From positions 50,966,001 to 51,030,000 of the forward strand of contig OZ076413.1 in assembly GCA_964187785.1 (NCBI GenBank): 64,000 nt of DNA, given 5' to 3'. Source of the stretch: Amphiscolops sp. MND2022. Taxonomy: Eukaryota. This document shows positions 47,944 through 61,100 of this stretch, piece after piece. Below the pieces are notes generated by a model. The model did no database searches, was not told the DNA's origin, and worked only from the letters and a program-made list of their open reading frames with translations. The number at the start of each line of letters is the position of its first letter. The stretch's first letter is position 1. Both the position numbers and the translations under genes were made by a program.

Positions 47944-50900
47944 TTACGTCGATACGTCTTGTCCGTTGTTCGGCTCTATGACATCGCCGTAAGTTGACCT
48001 TTTCTCTGGCATTGTTGGAAGGGTGTAGCTGCATCCCGGTTCATTTGTTTCGTCAGTGGTACCGTACACCCGTTTGTGGGTGTCGCAGTATTTTCCTTGG
48101 CTAAATGTTCCGCATCTGACACAGCGATTTGTTGGTTTCTTCTTTTCTTCCGGCTTTTTCGGCAACTGAAATTTTATCGGTTTCGACGCTAATTTTTTAT
48201 GGATTATTTTTCCATCTGACGTTGTTATAGTGTGTTTAGTTTCATTCACGGCCGTCAGTATTTTGTTGATTTTAAATGGGCATTTCATTGCATTTGGTTT
48301 GTTTTCTTTTTCGAAAAATTGGTACTGTTTAAATTCCTTGCTTACCGATCTATTTCTTTTCTTCGAGTCGTTAAGGATGAAATAATCTGCCATTTCTCCC
48401 TCTGAGTCATTAATTGTGAACATCTGTAGCTCAGTGGGTTGTGCTGAAACGTAATTGGTCAATGTCTTTTTCCAATTAGAGAGAAGACATTCTGTTCGGC
48501 CGATTAAATTGGTTATTGCCGTGCGTGGCTCACGTCCGTAATGCATTTGGAATGGCGTCATATTCAATTTGCTATGCGGAGTTTGTCTAATTGTTTTAAT
48601 CGCCAATTTAACAACCTCTTCAAATGTTAAGCCGTCCGCCATATTTGCTCTAGTTAATGATTTAATTGTCCGTATCGTTCTTTCTACTTGGCCGGTACCT
48701 GTGTGTAGATTCGGTGTACATCTAATGCGTTTCATATTTTCTTGGTTACAAAATTCTTTGAATTCGTTACTTTTAAAACAACTACCGTTATCGGTGCGTA
48801 CGCTCCGCGGTGTTCCGTTATCTGAATAATATTCCGTTAAAAATTTTAAAACTGTCCGTGTGTCGGTGTTTTTACAAATTTTGGCGGTTGGCCATTTGCT
48901 AAAACGGTCGACTGCGACTAAAATATATACATCGCCGCGAGTCTTTGATTTTATTGGACCAGCAAAGTCCAATTGTATTTCTTGATTCGGTTCAGACAAA
49001 ATTTCTAAATTTTTTTTCCGTTGATGGTAATTGCGTTGTTAAATTCTTACCTGACGATCTGCAGCAGGGACAGTTTTCTGCTTTCTCCTTTATCTCCCGA
49101 TATAGACCGGGCCACCAGAAGGCTGCGGACGATTGGTCCATCTTTGTGGCTGATGGGTGGCCTTGATGGAGCATGGCGATGATTGTGCTTCTCATTGCTT
49201 CAGGTATAATGATCTTGTCGTTATAGAAAAGTAGGCCAAATCGGGTTGTCAGGTGATGTCTGTGTGGCCGATAAGGGTAAAAATTCTCCTCAATCTGGTT
49301 CTTTTCGACGGCAGTGATAGCATTCAGAATTTTTGTGTCTCTCGCCGTTTCTTCTACTAACATCGGCAAGTCGAGTGCAAAATCTTTTTCGGCCTTTTTG
49401 ATGGTTTCCTCTGTCCGCTCGTTGTGTTCATTGTCTAGGATGTTTGTCTTGACGGTTTGTTTCAGTCGGATTAAGTTTATTGTTTCTTGTTTCCAAAACT
49501 TTTTGATGGCGTTTGTGGGACATTTTTCTTGTCTGACATTGCTCGTGTGGCTTTCGGTGTCAGATGACTGTGTTATCCACGATTCGTAGTTGTTCTGCTG
49601 GAACTCTTCCAGCGGTGTCGTACCCAGCGTTTCGCAGAAATTAAAGAATCTGTTGTATATTTGCACGTTTAGTTCAACAATTCTTTTTCGTACTTGCTGT
49701 GAGGGTCGGTATTCTTGAAGTCTTTCGTTGTCTGTCCCCTTTCCCACGATTCTCTTTTTTTCAGGTTTCAGTAGTCTTTTTCTCTCTGTCCAGAGTTTGA
49801 GAGTGTCTGGCGAGTGCCCTCTTTTCTTGAATATGAAGTGCATGTCGATTCCGCTTACTTTGTCCATATTTGATGGTTTTGCGAGTCTATTTGAAGAATT
49901 TACGGATGTGATTTGATTAACACCGTTCAGTGGTATCGAAGTTTTGAGCAAATGAGTTTGTCTATTTTGTTCACGCTTATACATGCCGTGCTGTGATTGG
50001 TCGATTTTCTGTCTCGGCTTGGTTTGTTCTGTGAATCGTTTTATGCTTCCGTTCGTTTGAATGAAATCAAATAAGCCGTGTACTTGGTTTATTACGAACT
50101 CTTCTTCGGATTCCGCTTCGTTTTGACCGCTTAAGTTATTCTCCGCTGCGCTTTCATCGGTGTTTACGATCGGATGCATGCCGGCTTAAGTAGTCCGTCA
50201 ATGGGATGTTTTTACCAGCGGTATATTGAACATTTACATCAAAGTGGCTTAATCTGTCTAACCACCGTGTTAACCTGCCGCTATATTGTTTATGTGCCCT
50301 GTTCCGTTTTAACAGCAGCTGTAGCGCTTGATGGTCTGTTAGCAAATTTACTCTTTTTCAGTACACAAAATACCTGAAGTATTCTAGCCCCCATAATGCC
50401 CCTAGCAGTTCTAACTCATTGATAGCATATTTTCTTTCACAATCAGTGAGAAATCTGCCAGCAAACGCGACTGGTCTGAAAATTTCTCCTTCCTTCTGCC
50501 ATAGTGTCGCTCCGAGTCCCGTGTTGCATGCGTCTGTCGTCACATAATTTTCTTTCTTCGGGTCAAAGTGGGCCAAGGATGGGGGTTCAGTTATTTCTTT
50601 CTTTAAATTCTCGAAGTCTTCGTTAGTTTCGGGCGTCCATTCCCAGCAGGTTTCTTTCTTCAACAGCCTCCTCATTCTGTCTGTTTTCTTGGACAGGTTT
50701 GTGATGAACTTCGCTAGAAGTTGTATTGAGCCGAGAAAAGATTTTAGATCTTTAGCATTCTTTGGAGCCGTCAATTTTGTTATTGCTTCCGTTTTATCTT
50801 TTATTGGTTTCACTTCTTTTTGATCGATGTGATAACCCAGCCAAGTTATCTCCTGTTTGAATAATTCAGTTTTCCTCTCACTAGCCCTGTAACCGGCGTT

Positions 50901-52918
50901 TTGTAGCTTTGTGAGTACTTCCCGAATTTCTCGTTCGTGATCATCGAGTGTTCCGTTTGTTACACATATAATGTCATCTAGCCAGACCGGTGTTTTAAAT
51001 TCTAGCACTTTGTCGATGTGTTCCTGGAACACGGTGGTAATATCCGACAGTCCGTAGAATCCTTTCTTGAAACGGTAATGGCCGGTGAAATCACCGCCAA
51101 TTATCGAGAATACACAGTGTCTGGCTGCCTCCGCGGTTAATTTTGCTTGTCCGTAGGCGTAATCCAAGTCGATCTTTGACATCCAGATTTCTCCGTCGCT
51201 TCGGGTGATTTCCGCGGATATTTTGCTGATCAGTTCTTCCATATTTGACAATGTCGCTTTTCTTTTGACACATGCCTCATTCAGTTTTCTTGAATCGAGA
51301 ACAATTTTCACGGACTTGTCTTTCTTTATTGTTATGACAGCCGGTGAGACAAAACAGTTCTCTGTGGTATTGTTTGCTTTTTCCAGGTGTCCAGTTTCGA
51401 TTAGTTTTTTCAACTCATTTTTGACCGTTTTTTGAAAATGTATCGGCACTGGTCGTCCTTTTTGTTGTATCAACTTTGTGTCTTTTTTCAGTTGGATGTC
51501 GATGGCCAAATCTTTGATCGTATGGTTGTTTTTGAATAGGTCTTCGTATTCTTTTACGATCTTCTGTCTTCTTTCGTCTGTTTCGATGTGTCTGATAATG
51601 TTCGTGTTCGTGTTCCCTTGTAGCCCGTGTTCTAGTTTGTCCAGCCAATCCAGTCCCAATAAGGGTTGGGTGTTTTTGTTCTCGGTTATTAATATGGGAA
51701 GTGTTATTTTGCTTTTCTCCGTTTTTACTTCAACCACGGTTTCGCCTTTGAACTTTATCGGGTTTTTATTTACATCTACAAAGCTTTTTGTGGTTTTGTG
51801 TATTTCCGCTGTATTAATTATAGGCGGTATTATCGTTACCGGAGAGCCAGTGTCAATAATGAATTCTATTGGCTGTCCTTGGACCAATAGTATCGCTTTG
51901 TAGAAATCGATCCGATTTATGCCGTTGACGGATTGGATGTGGTCAGTTTCAGGCCATGATTCGGTGTCGCTGTCCGTTGGCGGTTCTTTTTGTATCCGGC
52001 TGACGGTTTTGGATTTGCACACTTTGGCGAAGTGGCCCATCTTCTTACAGTTATTACACTGTGCTCTCAGTGCTGGACAAATATGTTCCATTGACCAATT
52101 TGGTTTACCGCAAAAGCGACAATTACGGTTTGGCATTTTCTTCTTCCACGTTTCGGCTGTTTTTGTTTCCGTATTGATTGTGTGTGGGCGACTTGTTCTT
52201 CACTTGATGAACTTTCCAGTTTGACTTTTCGGGGTCGTTTGTTTGCTTTTTTATCTCCGTATTTACGGTTGTAATTGTCTTGTTCGATGGTTTCGAGTAC
52301 CATTTGAAGTTTCAGCGGTCCTTTTATGAATTTGTCTCGGGCTTTTTTGTCGTTAATTGTTGCTGCGAACTTGTATGTAATAATTTCTTCCGGTGTTATG
52401 CTGTTGAATTCACATTTCCGCTCGATGTCCACTAATCTTTTCCAGTACTCGTTTAAAGTTTCGTTGTCATCTTGTTGGATATTGAAGAATTGTGCCCGAC
52501 TGTGGAATACATTCCTTGCTGGTATGAATGTTTTCTTGAATAGCTTCAGCATTTCTGGGAGATCAATGTCTTTTAGCTCTTTGCCCCATTGTCCTCTCAT
52601 AATTTCATGTTTGACCTTGGGGCCTAGAGCCCAGATGACGTCTCCTTTGATATGATACACCGTATGCGGGTCCATTTGGTCAACGCCTTGATCCATCAGT
52701 TCTTCTAGATTTCCGTTATATGTGAGGTGTATATATTCCGAAATCTGCTCCCACCACATTCGTGGGTTTATTTTGGTGAGATCCGTTTCTCTATCCGATA
52801 AAATCGGAATTTTTTATTTGTTCTTCTCCAGTCTATCTGCCGTCGTCTGGTTCATTATCGTCTGGTTTGCGGCTTGTTGGTCGGGTCGTTCTGAGGTGTT
52901 TGGGTCTGGGTTGTCCAT
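47944..52918 (-). pseudogene. pol: gag-pol broken by stops and frameshifts
   Basis: Knuckles CRFC..HIC and CNNCKKMGHFAKVC, protease IDTGS, RT KIDLDYAY/YGL/WLDD, RNase H TDAC/ELELL/TDH, integrase H..GH...WWPG...CPCC and LDFAGP/TDNG/VER. Confidence 0.95.
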
Positions 52919-52937
52919 TAAATTGCTGACTGCGCCA

Positions 52938-53147
52938 TGTTATTACGGAGAACTTGGAGTAAGAAGAATGAAATAAAAGTAATACAAATCAACACAAAGT
53001 AATGATCGTTAACATACGAACTGTTAGCTATACTGTATCATAGAATACAACTTCAACTAATGTTCATACTGTAATGCTTTTTACGATAGACAACTGGCAG
53101 GTACAATGAACTAATTAGTTCATCTTCTTAGTGGCATCTTCTTCTCA
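52938..53147 (-). repeat. 5' LTR of the Gypsy element
   Basis: TG...CA, with the PBS adjacent at 52924-52937. Confidence 0.95.
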
Positions 53148-55619
53148 GAACCCGAAACAAAAGCTTTCTAATGAGCTAGTTTATCAACATCCTCACTCAT
53201 TAAAAAACATCCAAATTTCTAGACTTCGGAGAAGGTTGTTCTCGTACGGCGACAACTCATATCAGGCGACAATTTATATCAATTTGAAAAAGCGACATAT
53301 CAATTGATAACTTATATCAATCAAAACTCATATCGGAAAATTAATTCCAAATAATTCATGAGATAGAGAAAATTGAGATAATTGATAAGTAATTACTACA
53401 AATTATAAAATAGTAACAAGATTTCATGGTAAATATTAGTGTAGCTTTGGAATTTCTGATTGCAGTTAATTATAAGTTGTTCTTGAGGTAAAATTTAGGT
53501 ATTTGTAACCTATTGGCAACATTAAAAACAATGTTTGAACTTCAACTCCAATAAATATTTCGTCTTTCCTCAAATATATTCGGCTTTGGAATTTTTTTCC
53601 TCAAACCGATGTCAGCACGGGTGAATTCTGTTGCATATCTCCCAGTATGTCACGATATTTGATAATATATCAAGATGTTCTGGTCGAGCCAATTTAGTTC
53701 GATCTAACATGACAAAAACCCAAACCTGTTTTCAATGAAGTTGACTTATTACGCCCTCTTTTCAAAAGAAAAGCAACCCATTTTAAAGTCTGCTAATCGT
53801 AGTCCTAAAAGCGTTCAAGTTGTTTGTATTGTTTTAACAAAATCATTATTGTTTTAACCTAAAACATACCCGGAAAGACATGTTTGAATAACCTCCTAAA
53901 CAGTGATTTGATAAACGACAAAATACTGAAACAAACACAACAACGCTTTAATGTGCATTTTTAATTAGCTTCCGCTTTTTGCGTAAATTTATTCTACCAA
54001 AAAACATTAAAGGACAATTGAACGCGTTTCCGACAGGCAATGCAAAACAATGTTTTGTGGTCTCGTGATTTCAACAAACCAGCCAATGTTTTTATATCGT
54101 AGACAAATGCGCGAATCCCTTGAACACACCTATTTCTACTTCGAAGTTTGTAAAGCAGTAAAGCAGTGACCAAATACTTCTAGCGAACTCCACCTAAATA
54201 ACAGATTTCGAGAAATGAAAAAGTTAACTGTCATGTGTTGTCTTGGTTGAATTCTACCAAGTATGATATTTTCTTTTTGCTTTGAGTACCCAAAAATTAG
54301 CGTACCCACTGTGAGCTTGATTGTAAATTTTATTAAACGAGTCTGGGAGCAGGATTTCTAAAAAAACGGAGAAATTCAGGAGTTATCTAAGAGCGAAAAA
54401 TGAGTTGATTTTATATACATACGAAAATGATGAAAATTTTGATAGTTCTAAAAGCAAGAGCATAAAGAGGCGTAGTGATTTACTACTTTCTGACCATTTC
54501 GATAAAGACCTGCATAAGAGAGTGAGTTTCCCCACAAAATTTTGTTACTGAGTCTCTATCAAAATTTATTTAAATATTATGGTTACAACTTACGAATTTA
54601 AATTGTTTGAATCTGCTAGCTTCAAATTATATAGAAATCCTGGAAAACTGACGAATTAGCTAACTTTGGCAAAATGATTCTCTTTGAAGCTCGCAAGATA
54701 AAAAAAACACGTTATTTTTTTTGTATTTGACAAAAGCAATGTTTTATAAATTATTAAAAGTAGTGTACCTAAAAATGAATAATTCGAGAGTAAAAAATGA
54801 ACCAAACAACAAAAATTATACACATACCATCCAATCAGATACACAGTGGGTTACTATCTATCTTTCACCATTTCTCTCGAGCATATCTTTAGACCGAGAC
54901 TTCATTTTGACCGAAGTTTAGGGGTGCAAATTTTTTAGAAGGATTTCACGAGATATAGTCAAATGCTCTTGAAAGGTAGCTGAGAAGTAGTTGCAAAAAA
55001 TTTTTTCATCAAATTTGCGTATTTAGTAGACATTTTTTCGAAGAAGTTAATTTGTTCCAGATTATAGCGTTTATTTTCAGTGAGGTATTCAGTTAATTGT
55101 TCTTGGATTACTTTTAAAGTTTACAGGGAGCTGAATGCATTGATATAAGTTTGTTGTTTATTGGATTTTTTGTACCTCCAGATGTTAATCCGGATTTCAG
55201 GAGGTTTTATGAGCAGAAGGACTTTTTGTTATGCTCGAATTTTGTTATGCTTGCAAAGTAGAGGGGAGACCAAAAGGGGATTTTCTTGGAAACTATGCGA
55301 CTTTTTGCAGAAGTTTTTTCAACGGAAGTTTCCCCGCTTTTGCAAGCTAAGAGAGATATTTTAGGTTTTTTCTGCACCAGGCTACTTATCAAAGCCATTT
55401 TAAAAAAATAATACTGAAATTGATTTTGAAAAAAGTTTTCAAAACTTTTTTGCAACCCGTACTAACAACCCATGGTAGGTTACCCACCACTGGCCATCGG
55501 TGGACCACCGGTGGAGGAAATTTTGGATAATCAGTCACTATTTCCACCGATGGTCACCAGTGGCATTTTTTTCAAAAAATGAATTGTAAATTATGGAAAA
55601 TTATTGAATTTCTCGATTA

Positions 55620-56760
55620 CCGTCCTTTTTGATTTTATCCAGGAAATTTACCGTTTTTGTATAAACAGTTGAGTTAGAAATTTGTAAACTCTTAGGGGAC
55701 CAGGTTTTCGATGGACATCTCCTGCTCCTAATAGCAACTTTTTTAGAAAATCCAGACGAATATCCACATTTAAAGGTTCAACTCCTCAGTTTCACAAACT
55801 GTAGTACTTGTTGGAGTGTTCAACAAAGTATAAGCACGAATTATACTCCCAAACGTTCCTAATGCGGAAAGCAATGCAACCATAAACGAAAAATTAGTTG
55901 AAACCATGCATATATTTAAATATTTGGTTCGAATGATTTCGCTGGTGGTTTGAAACATGAATTATTAGCTCGTTATCTTTTCTTGCAGTTTTAAAGTTTG
56001 ACACCGCATCACAACTATTTATTTTCTCCTTCATTTTGCTGATGAAAATCTGTATGTTTTCATTGATTCCCTATGTGAATGTTTCTCAATAATCCAGCAA
56101 GATAGCATGCAAGTTAGTGCTTCTAATAAATGCAAAAAGGGCACTAGCTCGAAGAGCAATTATGCTTGTCTGGTGTCCTAACTGGATAATTTGAATGATA
56201 GATAATTATTTGTATTATTTGTTTCATACTATCCGGGTAAATTAACTTCTTCTTCTTCTTCTTCAAAACTTCCATCCGTTCCCTGAGCATCAGGAGTGAG
56301 TTTCTGATTTATAGCCTCACTAAGTTTTTCCAACTTGCGAAACAACAGCTGTCATTTTTGTTTCAGGGTTTGATCAAGGAGAGCTATTTTTGATCCCCCT
56401 GTAGTAGTAGTTGACCCCAAGTAATTCACTCCCTGTATGCTTTGATACCAATGTCTTCATATTGTGTGCCATCATTCATCAGATTGTTCATTATTTCTAT
56501 TAGTAGGTTCTCTCTTTTTTTCCAGCATCTCGAAAGCTTACAAAGATCTCATCTGTGGGTTTCTTTTTGACTAACAGATACGCTGTTGAGATGATGTGTT
56601 TTCACTCAAATACTAGCTAATTAACTGATTGTGCTTTTTGATAAGCTCCTCTTTCTCTTCCAATTTTTTGTAAATATCGACGTAAACTTGATAAAGATCA
56701 GCTTTTGATAAGTTTCGGAAGGCTTCTAAGGTCAAGAGTATTGATAATCGTTTCAATGCA
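55620..56760 (-). mobile_element. Decayed non-LTR (CR1/L2-like) 5' relic with a 2A-like motif
   Basis: ORF1-like remnants (coiled coil, INQKLTP) upstream of DFLKKLLLGAGDVHRKPGP at 55696-55752. Confidence 0.4.
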
Positions 56761-56762
56761 TT

Positions 56763-57113
56763 TCTGAACATTACCATATTTGGTATACATGTGTACCAAA
56801 TATGGTAATGTTCAGAGTTGCTAAACGTTCAGATTAGAAATCAAAATTTCATTAGTTAAACAATAGTAAACAAGAAAAGAACGACTGTACCGTAACAATG
56901 AAACTGTGTTTTTAAATCATGCTAAAAGTGCTTGTTATAACAAGCACTTTTAGCATGATTTGAAGACAGTTTCAAATCATGCTAAAACTGCATGTTAGCC
57001 TATTAAAAAATGTAAAAGCCTTTACATGATTTTATAGACTATAGCCTGTAAAATCATGTAAAAGCTTTTTCATTTTTTAATAGGCTAACATGCAGTTTTA
57101 GCATGATTTGAAA
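56763..57113. repeat. Three adjacent spacerless palindromes
   Basis: 56763-56816 (54 bp, 1 mismatch), 56914-56961 (48 bp, perfect), 56970-57113 (about 144 bp, few mismatches). Confidence 0.9.
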
Positions 57114-58191
57114 TCACATGTTCATTGCCACAGTGCAGTCGGTTCTTAACTAGTTTCAAATAGTTTCAACTCTGGCAGAGCAGCAAAATAGTTTTTTTTA
57201 GTTCAGATTATTCTTCACCCAGACATGATATTTAAACCTAGTAAACCCACTACTAAATTTCTTGAAAAACCATTTGTTGCTAATAGATTTTTCTTCATTT
57301 CAGAGCCCAATTTACTGAGAGACGGCCACTTGTTAACAGTATACTCTGATTAAGGAAGGAACATATGTATATACTGAAGGTAAGCTATCAGTCCAATTGG
57401 CTGCTCTCTTCTAGAGTCCTAGCTGGTAAAACAGTCGCACGATTCCAATTGTGGAACTTTCTGAGCAGCAAACAATGAATCCATGTCATCTTACATTCTG
57501 CACAATTTTGAATACCTAACCATATAAGTCCACACGATTCCGTGGAAATGGAAGTAAAATATTTTTAGCATCCATATGGTTTTAATCATCAATGTGACCG
57601 AGGCAATCGGCTGGGGACAAAACATAAAAAGATGCTAGCATTAATTTAATAACAATTGTAAACATCATTTGAAGTACCTGCTAAAATATCCGTCGAGTCG
57701 ACACAAAAGATTAACATTTACAGAAAGTAGCCTTTAAACGATACAGTTGCTTGTCAGCCAGCAGTTTTCATCTATAAAAGCATTAGATCCAAGTTATCCT
57801 ATCATTTTTGATTGATAACTATTGCTATTCAAATTACAAAACGCCACCGAACAGTGGGATGTTTTCCGCCCAGAACTATCGGAACTATTTCAGCTTTGAC
57901 ATATTCTTACGAATAATTTACTTGAATTTGCAAACAATTCTTCAAAATATATCCAACATGTTTGACTTTTTTGATTCAATCTATAGTTTTTTCAGCAAGA
58001 AACATTCATATTCATCTGCATTTTGGCAAAGTAGCTAATTGTTGAACTCTCAGGAACCTCATACCCACAAAAAAATTTAGCACCTAGACCAATTGTATAA
58101 AGGAGCCGAAAATGACAAGATGGAACAACACGGGAACGTCTAAAGTCGGCACTATATCTAAGGCTCAAAAAGCGCAGTTTTTAAGACTCCT

Positions 58192-61100
58192 TGAAGAGAA
58201 GAAGTGTCAATTTAGTCCTGACACAAAAGTATTTGCCACTAAAAACAGCATAGATCATTTACTCATTGATATGCTTTGGATACTGTTCGATAGAGTGTCA
58301 TGAATACCATATCATACTGAGTTTTGTTATTAGCTACTTCTGTTAGTTTTAAAATAAAAGATCCATTCTTACCTCCTTTTTACTAGTCTATTATATGGCG
58401 CAGTCAGCATAAAGAACATTGATGCTACAATCACACCGGACAATACAGCCCGAGCCAGACCACAATGGTAGAAAGGATGGTCAAGAATAAATACAAGAAA
58501 CCGATTCTTTCTGACAGAGAAACGGATCTTACAAAAACAAACCCAAGATTGTGGTGGGAATAGATATCAGAATATATCGACTTCACATGTCAGAAAAATT
58601 TGGAAGAACTCATGAAACAAGGGACAGATTATTCGGACGCCCAAATATCACGCCATATCAAAAGCGATGTCATCTGGGCATTGGGCCCAAAAAGCAAAAC
58701 ACGAAATCATCAGAGGCCAATAGGGCAGAGAGTTGGAAGATATCAATCTACGAGAACTACTGAAATTCTTACCAACAAGAAATGTATTTCACAGCAGAGC
58801 ACAATTCTTCAATATCAAACAAGAAGACAATGAGACACTCGATGAAGACTGGAAAAAACTCGTGGATATCAAAAGGAAGTGCGAGTTCAACAGAATAACA
58901 CCAGAAGAAATTATCACCTACAAATTCGCAGCCACAATAAATGACACAAAAGCGCGGGACACATTTGTCAAAGGACCGCTGAAATTACAATTGGTATTGG
59001 AAACTATCGAATAAGACAACTATAACCGCAAATACGGCGATAAAAAATCCAAGAACAGAAAACAACGGAAAACATTTTTGGACAGTCTCACGGACGGAGA
59101 ACAGATCGCCTACACAAATCCAACAGCAAAGAGAAAACCGAGCGAAACAGACAAGAGGAAACAAAATACTTGAAATTGTCACTTTTGTGGATAATCTAAC
59201 TGGACGCCGGAACATTCTGGCCAAGCACGGAAGGCACAATGCAACAATTGTAAAAGAACGGGACAATTTGCCAAGGTATGCCGATCAAGGACCGTAAACC
59301 GGATACAAGAAGAAGCAACGGGCAGCAATACGGAGTCATGACCAGAAGTCGATCACATACAGTCCGCGAACGGCGTTAATCGGATTGATTTTTATGAAGC
59401 AATCCCATTGGTCAACGGACAGCCAATAAAATTTGTTGTCGACACCGGCTCTCCAGTCACAATGACTCCGCCAATAATTAATCCACTCAAATTCCAAGAA
59501 AGCACAAAATGCTTCGTACACGTCAACAAGAACCCTATAAAATTCAATGGCGAAGCGATAGTGGAAGTTAAAACGGAGAAGAGCAATGAAAAACTGCCAA
59601 TACTAGTTACGGAAAATAAAGACACACAAGCGTTATTGGGATTGTATTGGCAAGACAGACTGGAAATTGGCTTACAAGGGAACAAAAACACAGACATTAT
59701 TCGAAATGTAGTCAACATTGGAAGACGTGAGAAAATAGTCGGAGAATTTGGAGATCTTTTCTAAAACAATCACACAATAAAAGACCTGACACTAGATATC
59801 CAATTGAAGACAGACGTACAGAAAAAAGGAAGACCCGTGCCGATCCACTTCCGAAATACGGTACGAAAAGAGCGAGAAATGTTGATAGAAAGGGGACAGC
59901 TTGAACCTTTTGAAAAGGCAAACAAAACGACCGAAAAATGCTTTTTATCACCTGCTGTGATAACCATAAAAAGGATAAGTTAGTCAAAATAACTCTGGAT
60001 TCCCGAAAGCCGAATGATGCTTGTATCAAAAGAAAAGCGACCTTGCCGAATATGGAAAAACTGATAAGCAAAATTTCGGCACAGACCACAGAATGCGACG
60101 GTGAAATTTGAATACCGAAAATCGATTTAGCTTATGCGTATGGCCAAGCGAAAAAATCCAAAAGAGCATCGTAACAATGCGTGTTCTCAATAATTGGCGT
60201 TAACTTTACGGGACACTACCGCTTTGAGAAAGTACCACTCTACGGGACACTACCACTCTACGGACTATGGGATATTCCAGTCGTATTCCGGGAGCACATC
60301 GACAAAATGTTGGAAATGAAAACACCGGTCTGGTTAGATGATATATTTTGTCTGACGAATGGGACAATTGGACAAAGTGAAGACGAACTACGGGAAATCC
60401 TATATAAACTACAAGATGCCGGCTACAGAGCGAGCGAAAAGAAAACAGAATTATTCGAAAGAGAACTGGTATGGTTGGGCTAACACATAAACCAGAGTGG
60501 AGTAAAACCCGTACAAGAAAAAACCGAAGCGATCACACAATTACAAGCACCCAAAAACGGGAAAGAATTGAAATCTTCTCTCGGATCATTCGAACATTTT
60601 TTTTCAAGTTCATAAACAACCTTTCCAGGAGACAGACTGATTGAGAAGACTATTAAAGAAAGGTGTTAATTGGGATTGGACGCCGGAGATAGACGATGAT
60701 TTCTAGAAATTAAAGAAAGAAATCACAGAAGCATCATGTTTGGCCCACGTTGACCCAAAAAAATTTTATATTGACTGATGCCTGCAATATGGGCCTTGGA
60801 GCGACGCTCTGGCAAGAAGAAAACGAAGTTTTTAGACCAGTGGCATTTGCAAGTAGATTTTTAACTGATTGTGAAAAAAAGTACGCCATTACCGAACTAG
60901 AACTACTAGAGGCATTATGGAGACTCGAACTTCTAGATATTTTGTTTACGGAAAGAAGGTGAATCTTTTAACCGATCACCAAGCACTTCAACCATTACTT
61001 AAGCGCAACAGAGCGCACAAACAATACAGCGCGAGGCTAACTCGCTGGTTGGATAGATTAAGTCATTTACATGTAAATCTTCAATATACCGCCGGAAAAA

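Larger units (their letters stand above)
47191..53147 (-). mobile_element. Full-length, disabled Ty3/Gypsy LTR retrotransposon
   Basis: 210-bp LTRs (47191-47400, 52938-53147; 5 differences by manual count), TSD GAACC, PBS TGGCGCAGTCAGCA (tRNA-Ser-like), PPT AAGGGGGGAA, PR-RT-RH-IN order. Confidence 0.96.

Noticed and set aside
48569..52655. Plus-strand ORFs over the Gypsy interior
   Set aside because: Antisense shadows of gag-pol.
39730..53335. Inverted GCGACAACTCATATC-type ends at 39730-39807 and 53246-53335 as one large transposon
   Set aside because: The ends face outward, so they belong to separate copies.
57440..57640. Possible Ulp1-like protease remnant (ILLP, VPQ...DC) on the minus strand
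   Set aside because: Too few residues and no intact catalytic His/Cys context.
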